A stretch of 64,000 bases of DNA from Lingula anatina. Taxonomy: Eukaryota; Animalia; Brachiopoda. The stretch is from NCBI GenBank assembly GCA_051362555.1, contig CM120648.1, positions 3,530,587 to 3,594,586 on the forward strand, read 5' to 3'. The stretch's first letter is position 1. Every line of letters begins with the position of its first letter. The translations under genes were made by a program, and so were the position numbers. The notes below the pieces were generated by a model that did no database searches, was not told the DNA's origin, and was given only the letters and a program-made list of their open reading frames with translations. Below are positions 36,110 to 49,176 of this stretch, piece by piece.

Positions 36110-36821
36110 ATGGCTGCGCCCAGGAGACGGGCGCCGCTCCGTCAGCAGCGATGGAAAGTTAAAGATTTCTTTACGTTTGAAACATATTCTCCGTTTATAT
36201 TTGACCCACAGTATTCATTTGCTGCGATGCTATTTTTGTTTATGTCGGAGATTGTTGTAAACATATTTGTAATACATAAAGTTAAATGTGAGTATGGCTG
36301 GGTATATATCTGCTTACGTGGAAAGTACAGGTACACCCTTGTGCTGATGGTGTCTGAAATCTGCTGAAATCTTGAACAAAGCACTTCACATCGTACAGAA
36401 GCTAAGCATAATCATCAGTGCATTCTTGTATTTGCCTTAGCTATTTTATACTCTCAAAATGATTGTGCCACATGCCACTCTCTCTCTCGATCTCTCTTTT
36501 TCTTCCACATTATTATTACGCTTCTTTCTGAATTTATTTAGGTGTTATTTAAATATGTACATTCTGAAACAGAACTCAAATTTTTCTGTTTTTCATAATC
36601 TTAAATTGATTGATTATTAGGATACAAGTACCATCACCATTAAGGTTATTCGAAATAGGGTGACTATGTAAATGACTGAAGCATTTAGAGTTTCCATTGC
36701 AGACACAGAAATTGACTGGGTGGCTTACATGCAGGAAGTGGAAGGTGTCATTAATGGAACGTATGACTACATGCAACTGAAAGGAGACACAGGACCACTA
36801 GTGTATTTATAATGCAACCTC

Positions 36822-36869
<48 letters not shown>

Positions 36870-39800
36870 AAATTTATATTTTTGACATACAGTATAAAAT
36901 GTTTTAAATCTCCTGAAGTTTGTCAAGGGTAAAACACACAGTCCTGTTTACTTAAAATGTCACAATTTCTCTCTTTTTCTCTGCATTATGATATAGTATT
37001 TTAATTTACAGTTACTGTATTATATAATGTTCAATATCTCATACAATTAGCCAAGTGTAATTACTTTTAAATTACTTGTCAGAGTAAGGTTTCTTTGAAA
37101 AGTCCCATGTACCCCATACAGCTGGTAAAAGTAGAAGAGATCAACGGTACAAGTGGCACCATTTCATTTAAGTGTGTACAGTTATATTTCTTTCCTGTTT
37201 TCCTTCAGCTATCCTGCTGGGTTTGTGTACATTTTCACAGCATTGTACTACATTACCAGCCTGGGTGCAAATATTCGCCTGGGGCAGTATCTATTTGCAG
37301 CATTGTACTGCGGAAATCTGCTCTTAGTTTTTAACATATATAGAAAAACTTGTAAGGTTAGTATGCTTAGATGCATGTTCAAAGTGGCACTTATTTTATG
37401 TTTAACTCATATATTGCTTTGTATTCTTGAAAAGGCTATAAATATACAGGTTGTTAATGAAAATAAAAGAAAAAATGGAAAAGGATAACTTAAAGATACA
37501 TCTAACACATACTTTTGGATTAAAACATGAATTATTATAAGTTCTTATAAAATAAATGTAGAGACATGAATTGCCCTCTTGGAATAGTAATCAGAACCAC
37601 GTATAAGCTAAAACCATACCAGTTAAATAAAATCACTGGGTTCTACAATTTCAAATATTATATTGTTAAATTTATATTTCTAGGTCCCACCATACGTGTT
37701 CTTCTTCATGTGTTGTGCGTCCTACAGAATCCACTCCATTTATGTCCTGAGGATGTTCAATGACCCTGTGGCCATGTGCTTACTTTACCTGGCAGTCAAC
37801 CTATTTATTTACAACCACTGGGCCTGGGGCTGTCTGGTTTATAGGTAATGGCAGATTACATTGTGCTTTATCTCTACCTGTTGTCACACCTAACACATTT
37901 CACATTTAAAAGAAATCATGTAGTACATTTGTTATTTAAAAGAAATCAAATAATGCTTTCACATTTTCACATGTTATTGTCATACCCAACAAGTTCCATA
38001 TTTTTACATTTTTCATGCTGCATAAATGTAGTTGATTAATTAAAACAGTACACCTGCAGTTGTTTACAAGTGTGTTAAAGGCTCATGTCACACCAGCACT
38101 ATCATTTTTGTTTTTCACAAATAACTGATTATTCATCAAGTGGATGAAAGTGCAAAACAGTCATACATTTGGATTACTAAGTAAAATGTTTTCTATAAAT
38201 TGGTTAACATAATAAATGTTTTAGATAAACTCATTAAATATTGTAAAAAGACACTGAAAAAAGTTACATTAGATTTCAGTTTTTTCCATTGTTTTTCCAT
38301 TTAAACTTTAAAAGTGAAGGTATAATAAGCTCAAATAAAAGTTATATGCTATCATTAGTGTGCTATGTTTTAGCATGTTACACTTAAGCTTTTAATGGAA
38401 AAACAAGAATTTAAAAAAGTTTCCAAGGTTTCATTTTATGTGGATTACACATAGTAAGTGACAAATTTATTATGAAGAGTGTTTCTTTTTCCTTCTTGCA
38501 GTCTTGCAGTATCTGTGAAGATGAATGTTTTACTGTTCTCCCCAGCCCTGCTGATGTTGCTCCTTGTCTCTCAGGGATGGCTGAAAACAGTATATCATCT
38601 TGTCATTTGTGCTACAGTACAGGTAAGTATAGTTCTAGAAAATTTATTTTCACCTGTAAAACTAATAAAAAATTACACAAGCTGCATTGTCCTTCAGGTA
38701 CTGTGATAAGAAAATGTATAATTCAAGTGGCTGAGTGATGACATACATTCTTTATGGTCTCGTTATGTTGTCCTCTTAAAAAAGTCAGCTGTTTTTAATG
38801 AAGGGATAGAAGGTCATTAATATGCCATAAATTTGCTTAAAGGTTTCTTGACAATTATTTATGAATGTGTATAGCTTGTTTTTCTTATATATCTGCAGGA
38901 CTTCATGGCTATTACTGTGTGAATTAAAAACCTGTATTTAAATTAAGAACTGAATAAAAAATAATGGGCCTATAAAGTTTAAAATTGTACAACACTCCTC
39001 AATTTTATCATTATTATTTAAGTCATAAATAACAATGAATTGCTACTGAAAGAGAATTTAATGAGTCAGAGAACCTTTGCTTTATGACTGTTATATACAG
39101 CTTCTCTGTTGACTTGGTCACCCCTGAAACTCATCGACAAGTAGAAATGATGGTAAAATATACTGTAGTGATCCTATAAGTGACCATGTCGTCTGGCCTT
39201 CTCTACTAGGAACGCCTCAATTAAAACTACTTGTACTTTTTTAAAATAATGTATTGCTGTGATTCTTTCAGCTGGTGCTAGCTCTGCCTTTCTTAGCTGC
39301 CAACCCTGTTGGTTACATTGTCAGATCATTTGACCTAGGACGGCAGTTCTTCTACAAATGGACAGTCAATTGGAGGTTTCTTCCAGAGGAGCTCTTCTTG
39401 AATAGATATTTTCACCTGGTGCTGTTGCTCCTGCATATTGTTGCCTTGGTAACATTTCTGTCCAAAAGATGGAGCAGGTAAACATGAAATGCTTTCCAAA
39501 ATTTAAATTAATTTTGTTACACCTTTAGAAAACAAGCACTATGGAAGGTTTTGTTAATTTTGCAAGCAACATTGTAGAAATTGAATTTTTTTAGACAAAA
39601 ACACTTTAAAGTTAGATTTCAGTTTTCTCCACTGTAAAGAGGTACTGATTTCCTATTTCAGCTGTGTAAATGGAGATATCATAAGAATAAATGAATAACA
39701 GATAGATATAAAGCTTATTTTAATTGAAATATTATGATATAATTTTTTTAATGCATCTTATTTCAGGTCATATGGTGGTGCCTCTTCTTTACTCTCAAGA

Positions 39801-40879
39801 TCACCAATACATCCTGTCCTAAACAGCAACCATATCCTTTTTGGGGATAAATTACATTGTTTATTGATATCTATAATAACTTAATTAACGCTATATAGAT
39901 AAGTCGCTGTGATATTATCCATGTTACGAATGTAGCACAACCTGATTGATTGTTTGATTTCCAAGAGTATTAACATAGAATATGTGATAAGTGCTGCATA
40001 TTTAAATTTCTCATTTTTTATAGGTGAAAAATTAGAGAGAAAGAATGATAAAGAGACATATATAAAATGAAAATTTGACTAGTAATTAAAAAAAGAAACA
40101 TGAACAGGCATGAAAAAGACGCCTAAAAATAAAAGTGTGTTTATAGCTTTAACTTAAATGGCATATATAGATAAGGATAATCTTCCAGTGCTCTATATCC
40201 TTAACCATTCCCCACAGATTGTCCTGCCTCTGTTCGCTGCTAATTTCATAGGCATGTGTTTCAGCAGGTCTCTCCATTACCAGTTCTATGTCTGGTACTT
40301 CCATACACTCCACTATCTGCTATGGTCAACACAGATGTCTGTCAAGTACAGGCGAGTCCAGTTGTCTTCTTTATTTAATGACTTGCTGTTGCCTACTAAG
40401 TACAGCAAAAGATGTCCACTGTTTTGGGCATACAAGAGCATAATAATATCAAGGCCCTGTCAAGATATAATTTTCACTTTCTAGGATCCCGTGCAGTTGA
40501 ATAATTGATCTTTTATTATTTTCATTATTTAATTTTTTTAAACTTGCCAAACAAACAGTGTCAAAATTATTTCATTAGTTAACTCACACTCACGCAGTAT
40601 ATCTGTATTTCTCTCAATACGTAATTGATAATTCCAGATGGTATACTTTATTATTGTACACAGCACTGAGAAGTATGGGGAATGATCGTGTAACCATAGT
40701 TTGTCATCGATTTTTCCAGGTTGTTAATCTTGGGTGTCATAGAACTCTGCTGGAACACGTATCCCTCCACAATATTGAGCAGTGCAGCCCTCCATGTGTG
40801 CCATGCCATACTTCTGGGGGGACTTTGGTATTCTGAGACCACAGAGAAACCAAAGACAGCTGCCCAGAAAATGGAGTAA
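36110..40879 (+). CDS. ALG3: Dol-P-Man:Man5GlcNAc2-PP-Dol alpha-1,3-mannosyltransferase, 9 exons, 424 aa
   Basis: Exons 36110-36287, 36703-36802, 37209-37356, 37684-37844, 38502-38622, 39272-39477, 39767-39831, 40216-40351, 40720-40879 (1275 nt). Motifs [86 protein letters not shown]. Confidence 0.97.
39832..40215 (+). other. U12-type AT-AC intron (ALG3 intron 7)
   Basis: ATATCCTTT at 39832-39840, branch point TCCTTAAC at 40198-40205, AC at 40214-40215. Splicing restores SN-Q-IVLPLF in frame. Confidence 0.93.
40352..40719 (+). other. GC-AG intron (ALG3 intron 8)
   Basis: Donor AG|GCGAGT gives the in-frame junction KYR-LLILG. Confidence 0.8.
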
Positions 40880-41390
40880 AGCAAGAAGCAGAATGTTCAC
40901 TCTGGTACTGTTTGAGTTCACAAAAAATAAATAACAAACTTTAAGAAATGGAGTAATGCAAGAAGTGGAGTTTTTTACTCTGGTACTCTGGGGCCACAGA
41001 GAAACCAAAGACAGCCTTTTAGAAAATGGAGTAAAGCAAGAAGCAGGATGCTGATTCTGGTACTTTTTAGTTTACAAAAAAAAAAACTTTCAAGACAGCC
41101 ATCCAGAAAAAAATTCTTTGAGTTCGCACGCATGCACACACACACACACAGACACACACACATACACAAAATAAATAAATTAATTAATTAAAAATATAAG
41201 AAATAGGAAATGGAGTAACGCAAGAAGTAGAATGTTGTCTCTGAGTCTCTGAAACTCTGAGTTCACAAAAAAAAAAGAGAAAAACTTTAATACAGAAAAT
41301 GGTGAAAAGCAAGAAGCAAAATGTTCACTTGAGTACTCTGAGGTTGCAGAGAAACCAAAGTGAAATGAAAGATGGCCACCCAGAAAGAAA
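40826..41390 (+). repeat. Degenerate ~77-bp tandem repeat derived from the ALG3 C-terminus/stop region
   Basis: Recurring TGGTA.T.TG..CACAGAGAAACCAAAG..GAAA(A)TGGAGTAA.GCAAGAAG; AAATGGAGTAA-like cores near 40869, 40946, 41024, 41208 and 41297. Confidence 0.8.
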
Positions 41391-42844
41391 GGGATATTCA
41401 TTATAGAATTGCTGCATTTTCAATGTTTTCATGATGTTTAGTATTGAGTAGCTATATATATACATGTACATGTATCTTCTAGTAGAGATTGCTGTTTCTG
41501 ACATGTCCAATGCGAAAAATGTACAGTGTTGAGTCATCAGTGCAATACCTGATTTAAGGTAAAATTGTTTTTTGTTGTATAGCAATTAACTTTGAAGAAT
41601 TGACGTGTCCCATTCTTTAAATGTTTTTTAATTGTTTAAATTAAAGAAATACATTTTATTGTCATGCCCACCGGATAATATGCATAAGTATGTACTTCGT
41701 TGTATTTATTTATCAGTTAAATGGTTCGTTTCTATATGAAATGAGTGGTTTTAAAGCTGTAAATTAAGAGACATTTTTGCAATACCTATGTGACAAAAAT
41801 TTAATTGTGCCATACTCGTCTAGGACACTACTAATAAAAAATTAATTTCTCACTAGATTTATACAAACAGTAAGATTTTGCTTATCATTCTCAACTATTA
41901 AATTGGAAAATTCGTTTTTATCAATCGCTTGGACAATAAAAGGATCTCATAAATTTAATGTATTCAGTAAATCCTAAGCTGTTTGAAATATGTGAGAAAT
42001 TATCGTATTTGGTTTATCGGTAAAACACGGAGGGCCCCATTCCAATAGACACTATCAGTGTACGTAGATCCAACTCACACTCGTAAAAATTAGAATAAAC
42101 TTTCGTGTTCAACAATTATTATAATACGCAAGCTAATTCACTATTCTCTTATTGCCAAGAAGGTTACATGTATGACTCTGTCTTCGACTTTCAGCATTTT
42201 AGAGGTCTTGGCTGAATTAACCGAGATATAGTCGAGAATTATTTTCAGATTTTTTTTTGCAGTTGACCTTCCCTCTTATAACTGTGTATTATAAAGAATC
42301 TAAGTAAGGCTGGGACAACAAGTTCAGTCTCTATAGGCCTCACAGCCTTGTATCATAAATAATTTTTAAATTTTTACATTGTTAAAACAGTTCATAAATC
42401 ATTTTTTAGGTGAATGTACTGCTGCTTAATTATTTCAAGCTGAAGTCACGTACTAATCGGAGACCATGAGCATGTAGCACAAGAAAGGCATTTTAAATAA
42501 TGTTTTTGTATCAGATATGATGATGTAACCACAAACGGATAATTTATAGGGAAATATTCTGCTTCTCATTTTAAGCAGGTTATATGTTAGAAGTGAAGGC
42601 CGCGATCCTTGTGAGAGCGCATTATACAGCAATACCAGCATAAGCGGACACTTGCAAACATGTTAATTAACCACAAAAATACTATATAATTGTTTTCTGA
42701 AGCAAGCGTGTTCCCTAATGAATTTTTAATTGGGATTTATCAGGGCACAGCGGAGGGCTTACATGTACCTTAATAAACGACTGGTTTTGAAAATAAGTGT
42801 GAATTTTTGGAGGTAGACGCTTGGTTGCAAGCCTCATACCCTCT

Positions 42845-43090
42845 GGCCAGATAGATAGCTTTACTTGTAGAGTGCTCGCCTTTTTTACAGGTGACGGTAG
42901 CTTAGTTCGTTTCCCACGTAAGGTCGTGTCGTACTAAATACCGTTATAAAAACGGTGCCTGCTGTCTCCTTGCTAAGAACTCAGTTAATGAAGGACTTAA
43001 GGGTAAAGATCTGGCCGTGGTAGGTGTTGGTTATTGGAATGCTTGGATTGTAAAAAATGAATGCTCCCAACTGGAATGAGATGGGTTCAG
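42845..43090 (+). mobile_element. Degenerate tRNA-derived SINE
   Basis: tRNA-like head with box A-like TAGCTTTACTTGTAGAG and box B-like AGTTCGTTTCC. It is followed by GGTCGTGTCGTACTAAA..TATAAAAACGGTGCCTGCTGTCTCCTTGCT..ACTCAG, which resembles a metazoan SINE central domain (recalled, not searched). Confidence 0.5.
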
Positions 43091-44078
43091 GTTAAAATGT
43101 ATGCTCTCCAGGGGGAATGAGATACATGTAGGTTCAAATTAAAATTATAAAACCGGCCGATATCAGTTATCGTGTCGGCCGGATGACAGGCTTTTGTACC
43201 TAAAATCCCACTCTTTGACTCATTCACTGTCAATGTAAAGAAGCAGCATATGGAATGTATGTGAGTTTTTTTTAATGTACTGTACTTACACACAATGCGT
43301 CCAGAATTCTACCAGTTATTGTATATCACGTTTCTTACATGTATGCGTAACAGTTCACAACGGAACCTAATCATGGCCCAGAAATAGGTCCTAACATTTT
43401 ACATAAGTAGAACACTAGTAATAACCAAAGGTTTCCTAACTTCAAGTCCAACGTTCAAAAAATATATCTTTTTACATTCCCCGACTCACGAATCATTGGT
43501 CAACCCGTCCCTGGACTTGGATTCAATGTATTTTACCATTTCCACTTGAAAATAAAGTTCTAAATGGCTGACAAGTTATTTTACACCGCCATGCCTTCCG
43601 GTACATTTTTTTGAAAAAATTGTGAGCACCAGACATTTTTATTTGAGGTGTTTTATCGTTTGATTAAGGAATGACAAGTAGCTTTTCAGGATATGTAGAC
43701 ATTCAAAATGTGGCTGCGGCCCATTATTTAACGTGGATAGTATACCTTAAAATGTAGGGCAATTTTGGTCCAAGATAATCTGATAGTAGTTTCTTTAAGT
43801 TGAATGTTGCGTATGTTTTATGATAAAAAAAGAATTTATTTATTTTATTTTTTTGAAGATGGATGCTGTTTTAGACTGATATTTTGTTTTAAATGTATTG
43901 CACTATAACGAATTTAATATGCTGTAGTAGACAAAAACTCTACGGGCCGGGTTTACAAAATATGTTTAGTCCAAAAATAAGTCCAAACTCTTAGAATAAA
44001 AATGTGGATTATTATTACTTTTTATTTTATTAATTGACATTATTGCATCAAAGTTCAAACAAAATATCCCTTTCCTTA

Positions 44079-47000
44079 TCATTTTTTTCTAAACACGTAA
44101 ACTAGTCCATCTTTATGGTAGCAATATCCCGGAAGTACACTTCTCTCCAGACGTTCCCAGAGTTCCTCGTTCTCCATGGCGGCCATAGTGGGCTCTAGAT
44201 TTTCGTAACCACTGGTACAGCGAAGATATTCTTCCCTCATCGCTATTACCACAAGTCCACCTGAAATACATAAAATATTGTATATGCTTATCAATAAAAT
44301 GATAAAATGTTTAAAAGAAAAGACGGGCGCGCGCCGAGGGATGCCGAGATTTATATTTAATAAGCCTAGGCCTAAAGGATAAGATTTTTTTATCAAGAAT
44401 TATTATTTGTATGTCGCCTTAAAATATAAATTAAGAAAAACGGCGCGGAGACGTAAACATTTGCAATTAGGGGCGTTGAGGGATGTAGACGAACAAACTA
44501 ATATTAATACATAAATGTATGGACCCTCAAGCCCTAAGGTCCCATAAACATAGATTGTGACAGCGTCACAGCTTTGTGAATTTGATTTTAATTTCTTAAT
44601 CTTAAAAAACATTTTTCTTTCAGTATAATTTCACTAATTTAACACATTAAAATAAAATTCTAAACATAAGTTGTGGCAGTGCCACGGCGTGTAACTGTTT
44701 CGTGAATTCTCGTTATTCGCAGCAGGCCCCTATTTACTCATATCTTACCTGGTTTGACTACTCGGACCATCTCTCTCAAGGCGCCACACGGGATGTGGCC
44801 CTCTCCCATACCGCCCGAAGACACCACAGCGTCGTACGTGTCTGTAAAAAATTGTAGAAACCAAGATAAAGGTGTTGTTTATATTCAGTGATGGGAAAAC
44901 CGTACCATTTGGCTTCTTTTTTTTCATTTTGGCGAAAGACTCTGGGGTCGTGGGTATTTAGGTGCTTTCCAGATGTTTCTCGGCATATAAACGTATGAAA
45001 GTGGAACAAACTAAAATACCCCTATGCTACATGTTATGACAATTTGAATAAAAATATGCAAAGAAGGCATGTTGGCAAAATTACGATTTCTAAACGCGTT
45101 TTTTGACTTCTGCTTTTCAATTTCTCAATCAATTTCATCATGGTAGTGGAGACGGGTGGTTTTCATTCTAAACAGTACAAGCAAACACTTTAAAACTTAG
45201 ACACAATTAATATGTTATTAACAACAGACATGCGTATTCATTTGTATAAGATATATTCAACAAAGACAGCATAAGCAAGGTGCAAGCATTAGACGTAGTA
45301 CAATGTAAGTGTTTAGGTATGAACGCAGCCTACCATTGACTATACCCGGGGTGGGATCTGGCGTCAAAAATTCCTGAATGAAGTTTTCGTAAACTCCTCG
45401 CGTCTTTGCCTTCTCCAGCATTCCCTCCGACGGATCAAGGGCGTCCATTCTTTTAAATCCTCGATTTGCAAGCTGTTTAAACAAAAAAAACTTTATGAAT
45501 GATAAATTGTGAGTGATGGTCTTACGAGTTACAAACACACGGTACGCGTGAATATAATGGACAGAGCAATTATCTTGCAAATGGAATTACATTTTGTTGC
45601 TTGAATATGGTAAATAACGTAAACAGACTTGTATAACTGTATCTATCTTAATAGATTCTTACAGACTATTGGCAAGGATACATTTGATTTTCAAAGGTAT
45701 TAAAGTTCTGAACGGTTTTTATGCCTGACGACTGGGTATTGCTACACCCTTACGGAACTTTCCTATAGGACGCTCTATAGGGCTCTGTGGGATTCATCTA
45801 GAATCTTACAGGACTCTGTGGAATCATCTATGGGTTCTATCGAACATCCTTTTGGACATGCATGTCCTACTGAAACGTAGTGTTTCTGGCCAATGTAAAA
45901 GGTCCTTTAGGACGTCCTTTTGGACGCTTTAGGAAATTTCTGTAAGGTGCTGCAGACATGCTTACACTAACAATGAAAATTAGAAAAACTCGCACTTCGG
46001 ATAAATGAATATTAATTAATATATTTGAAAATTCGATCATTTTCCAAATCTTATTAAGTAAATATCCACATGCCTGGATGGCAACGAATCCAGTGCCTGC
46101 TCCAACGTCGAGAACCCGGATTTCGCCTTTTGACCAACCACTGCGCTCCACGTATGACGTCAAAGCTTCGGCTGCCATTTTTGGTCCTAAGTAAGACTCT
46201 GGGTTCAAATCCTGGTAAAAAAATCAGGATTTTAAACTAGGTCATTCAAACATGCATTTATACAGTTCAAAATCTTTTCGTCTCAAATTTTTTTTCATTG
46301 CCTTGATTGATAAAATGGTCACGTTTAGTACTTTGCATATATTCACAGTGAAAACCACTTGTGAAGAAATATTTCTAAAAAGGTTATCCCCTTCCTGAAT
46401 AAAAAAAAATCCACCAAACTTCTTAGATCCCTGGAACATTTTTCTATTTTTCCTCTCTCTCAATCTTCAACAATATCATTAATTCTGTATATGTACAGTT
46501 GTACCAGTGTATTTTCTCAAAAGAGCATTGATGGCTTTTTTTTTCAGGAGATGATAGTTTTTCCTCATGTGTGGCATGATAGATTATCTTTTAGATCCAC
46601 TATTCACATAATATACGGCGCAGCCAATGGTCATTAAGACACTCGTGATTTACACGTCCCACTGTAGAACGGCGAAAGCAGAAGGCTTTTATCAAGCAAC
46701 CTTATCCCCTCTCTCACGCATGTACGCTGTGTTCGTAATCAGGGGACGTAACCAGGTACCTGGTGCATTAATTGAAAATAATCTGTTTTATTTTTTACAT
46801 GTACCAGTAGACACGCCTGAACTTTGATTTGTGTTTGCTAGACTTGTATAGTTTAACTCTGTGGTATCACAGTGTATCCATATATTATAGACACTCGAAA
46901 CAACGTGCTGATTTTAAACCATACCCGCATGAAAACGCAGTAGATATATTCCAGCGCAGTAGACTACTGCAATCATACTGCAAACATGCCTCAAAACTGC

Positions 47001-48095
47001 TTCGATGTGGGAGCTAATTGCTTCATTGCTACTTCAATACTACTGCATTTTCGTGCGGGTATTGTAATGTGCAAAAATGAAAAAGTTATAACTGGATGAA
47101 CCTGTAAAATAGGTCTAATTTGCGATTTAGTACGGCTACCATACTATGAACCGCCTTCGAAGTTAACTTACGAAGTGTTGATGCTTTGTGTTAAACACAG
47201 TTCTTGTGTATGTGAGCGCGCGTGTGGATCTGTACATATATATGGTCAGTGGCTTGTTGTCTTTAGGATAGCAATTTCTAGTGACAATGCATGATGATTT
47301 TAATAAACTTGCATCGTTTATATACTAGTATATAACCCCCGGTTTTAAGTACTGTTAGCTCTAACCGAATTACCCTTTCAAGCTCGTCTGCTTCATTCGC
47401 ATAACAGAACGACTGACACCGACTTGACTGGCACTGCCTGACATTGAATAAACTGACACTGACTTGACTGGCAGTGCCTGACATTGACTGAGCTGACTGT
47501 CACACTGACGTGACTGACACGTACTGACTCCGACTGACACTGACGTGACTGACACTGACTGACACTGGCTTGACTGACAGTGACTGAATTTGACTTCACT
47601 GACTGACACTGGCCTGACTGACAGTGTTTAAAACTAACTTGACAAACTAACACTAACTGTACTGACTGATACTTATTTTTCTGGCTGAAACTGACCTTAC
47701 TTACTGACGCTGACTTGACTGACACTGACTTCACTGACACTGACACTGACTTGACTGACACTAACACTGACTGACTATTTTCAACCGTATTCATGTCACA
47801 ACCACTGGCAGAACAGCTTAAAGTCCTCGGAATGAAATTGTTTTGGTGTCATTAAACTTCATAATTTACGGTTACGGTTATTCGTTATTAGAGCTTTTTT
47901 AAGGCTGTGACCTAGCTATAATATATTTCAACAATAACATATGATAATGACGCGTTAATAAATAAAAATCTTTCCCACCTTATCATACCGACCGGCATAG
48001 TTATCATAACATTCCCTCACTTCGTCAGGGACAATACCTTTCCTAAATTGTCTGGCGTTATTAGCTAAAGCGGCTTCTTTCGTCTTTGCGTCCAT
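44079..48095 (-). CDS. METTL27: Class I SAM-dependent methyltransferase, METTL27/WBSCR27-like, 5 exons, 222 aa
   Basis: Exons 48095-47979, 46211-46074, 45472-45334, 44841-44749, 44260-44079 (669 nt). YDNYAGRYDKDL, motif I VLDVGAGTG, DALDPSEGMLEKAK, YDAVVSSG..GEGHIP, VVKPGGLVVIAMR. Family is secure; one-to-one orthology is not. Confidence 0.85.
45473..46073 (-). other. GC-AG intron (METTL27-like intron 2)
   Basis: Phase-0 donor CAG|GCATGT gives GFVAIQ-LANRGF. The nearby GT is out of phase, and the next in-phase GT would add ~26 non-homologous residues. Confidence 0.7.
46924..47059. mobile_element. TA-flanked MITE in METTL27-like intron 1
   Basis: TA-CCCGCATGAAAACGCAGTAG ... CTACTGCATTTTCGTGCGGG-TA. 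Confidence 0.7.
47411..47777. repeat. Degenerate (ACTG/ACTGAC/TTGAC)n simple-repeat array
   Basis: Directly visible; source of the SVSV/QCQS pseudo-ORFs at 47278-47794. Confidence 0.9.
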
Positions 48096-48910
48096 TGCGA
48101 ATACAGCTAGCACTAGCCAGATTGTATTTTAGTTCTGTTAAGGGATCCAGAGACGCGTGCAGCTAATGGCCACCCCTGGACTAGCTCCTGTAGCTATTTT
48201 AAGCAGAGCGGATTCCTGAATTAGGGACTGCGTAACTCAGACGTCCGAATAATTCACAAGTGTAAATGTACATTTGCAGCAAAGCCCGCCACATTAAAAA
48301 AATATATGTATGTAAATGAATTCGGTGCAGTGAGGAAAGAGCACCAACAGCACCGTTTGAAGTTGAGTAAGTCCAGCGATGTATGATTCTCACAAAAAGT
48401 TATTCGCTGCGTCGAAACTTGATTGCAACAGCCCACTTTAATAAATCCATACAGTGTAATAACGGCCACAGCTTGATTTCACTTCAAGCTCCACGAGGTT
48501 TTCCCTCAAGAAAAAAAAGCAATCATATTCTACTAACGAATCATAGTTCGACGGTTGCCTGCAACCGGAGTTGATGTTTTGCACAATTTACTGATATATT
48601 TCATAATTGTCGACACCAGAGGTGGTTTATCGCTGTTTATCTGAATTTGGGAAATCGAATTGTTGTTCAGAATATTTAAAGACATAACAGCCGATATTTG
48701 GGGATATTTTCGATGCATATTATATCTTTAAAAGAAAGGACAGACTATACTGCGGCATGTTGTTCTTAAGTGACTTCAGCGTACTGTTAAAACGATCTTA
48801 ATGTGGACTCCATTAACATTGTGTAAACCCCAGTATTTATAAAACATCATGAGCCATCACACTTATTTAATGAAGAACTACGATGACAACCACCTCTGCA
48901 GGTTGTCTTA

Positions 48911-49176
48911 GACCCCATTTCCATAATACGCCATAGGTCTACTTAGATGGATCCAACTCTGCAGGGATTCTCGCTGAGTGTAATCAGCTCAACTGATTGA
49001 CACGCCCCCCTTGCTTCCAGTGTACTCGTATAATCAATCAATAAATAATAATTTTCTGTATTTTACTCAACGCCAATAGGAGATGTGTCAATCTGTTAAA
49101 CTGATTGCATTCAGCAAGACTCCCCGCGGAGTTGGATCGATCTAAGTAGACTGACGGTGTCTATGGGAATACGGCC
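48911..49176. mobile_element. PIF/Harbinger-type MITE (family 1)
   Basis: TTA flanks; long IR GTCTACTTAGATGGATCCAACTC / GAGTTGGATCGATCTAAGTAGAC and GCTGAGTGTAATCAG / CTGATTGCATTCAGC. Confidence 0.78.

Noticed and set aside
36803-37208. ALG3 intron 2 starting GTATTTAT as a possible U12 GT-AG intron
   Set aside because: Lacks the ATCCTT donor core and a CCTTAAC branch point; treated as a weak U2 donor.
38735-38790. Box C-like GTGATGA in ALG3 intron 5
   Set aside because: No box D at a suitable distance and no convincing antisense element.
47278-47794. Three overlapping Ser/Val/Gln/Cys-rich ORFs
   Set aside because: Produced by the ACTGAC simple repeat inside a METTL27-like intron.
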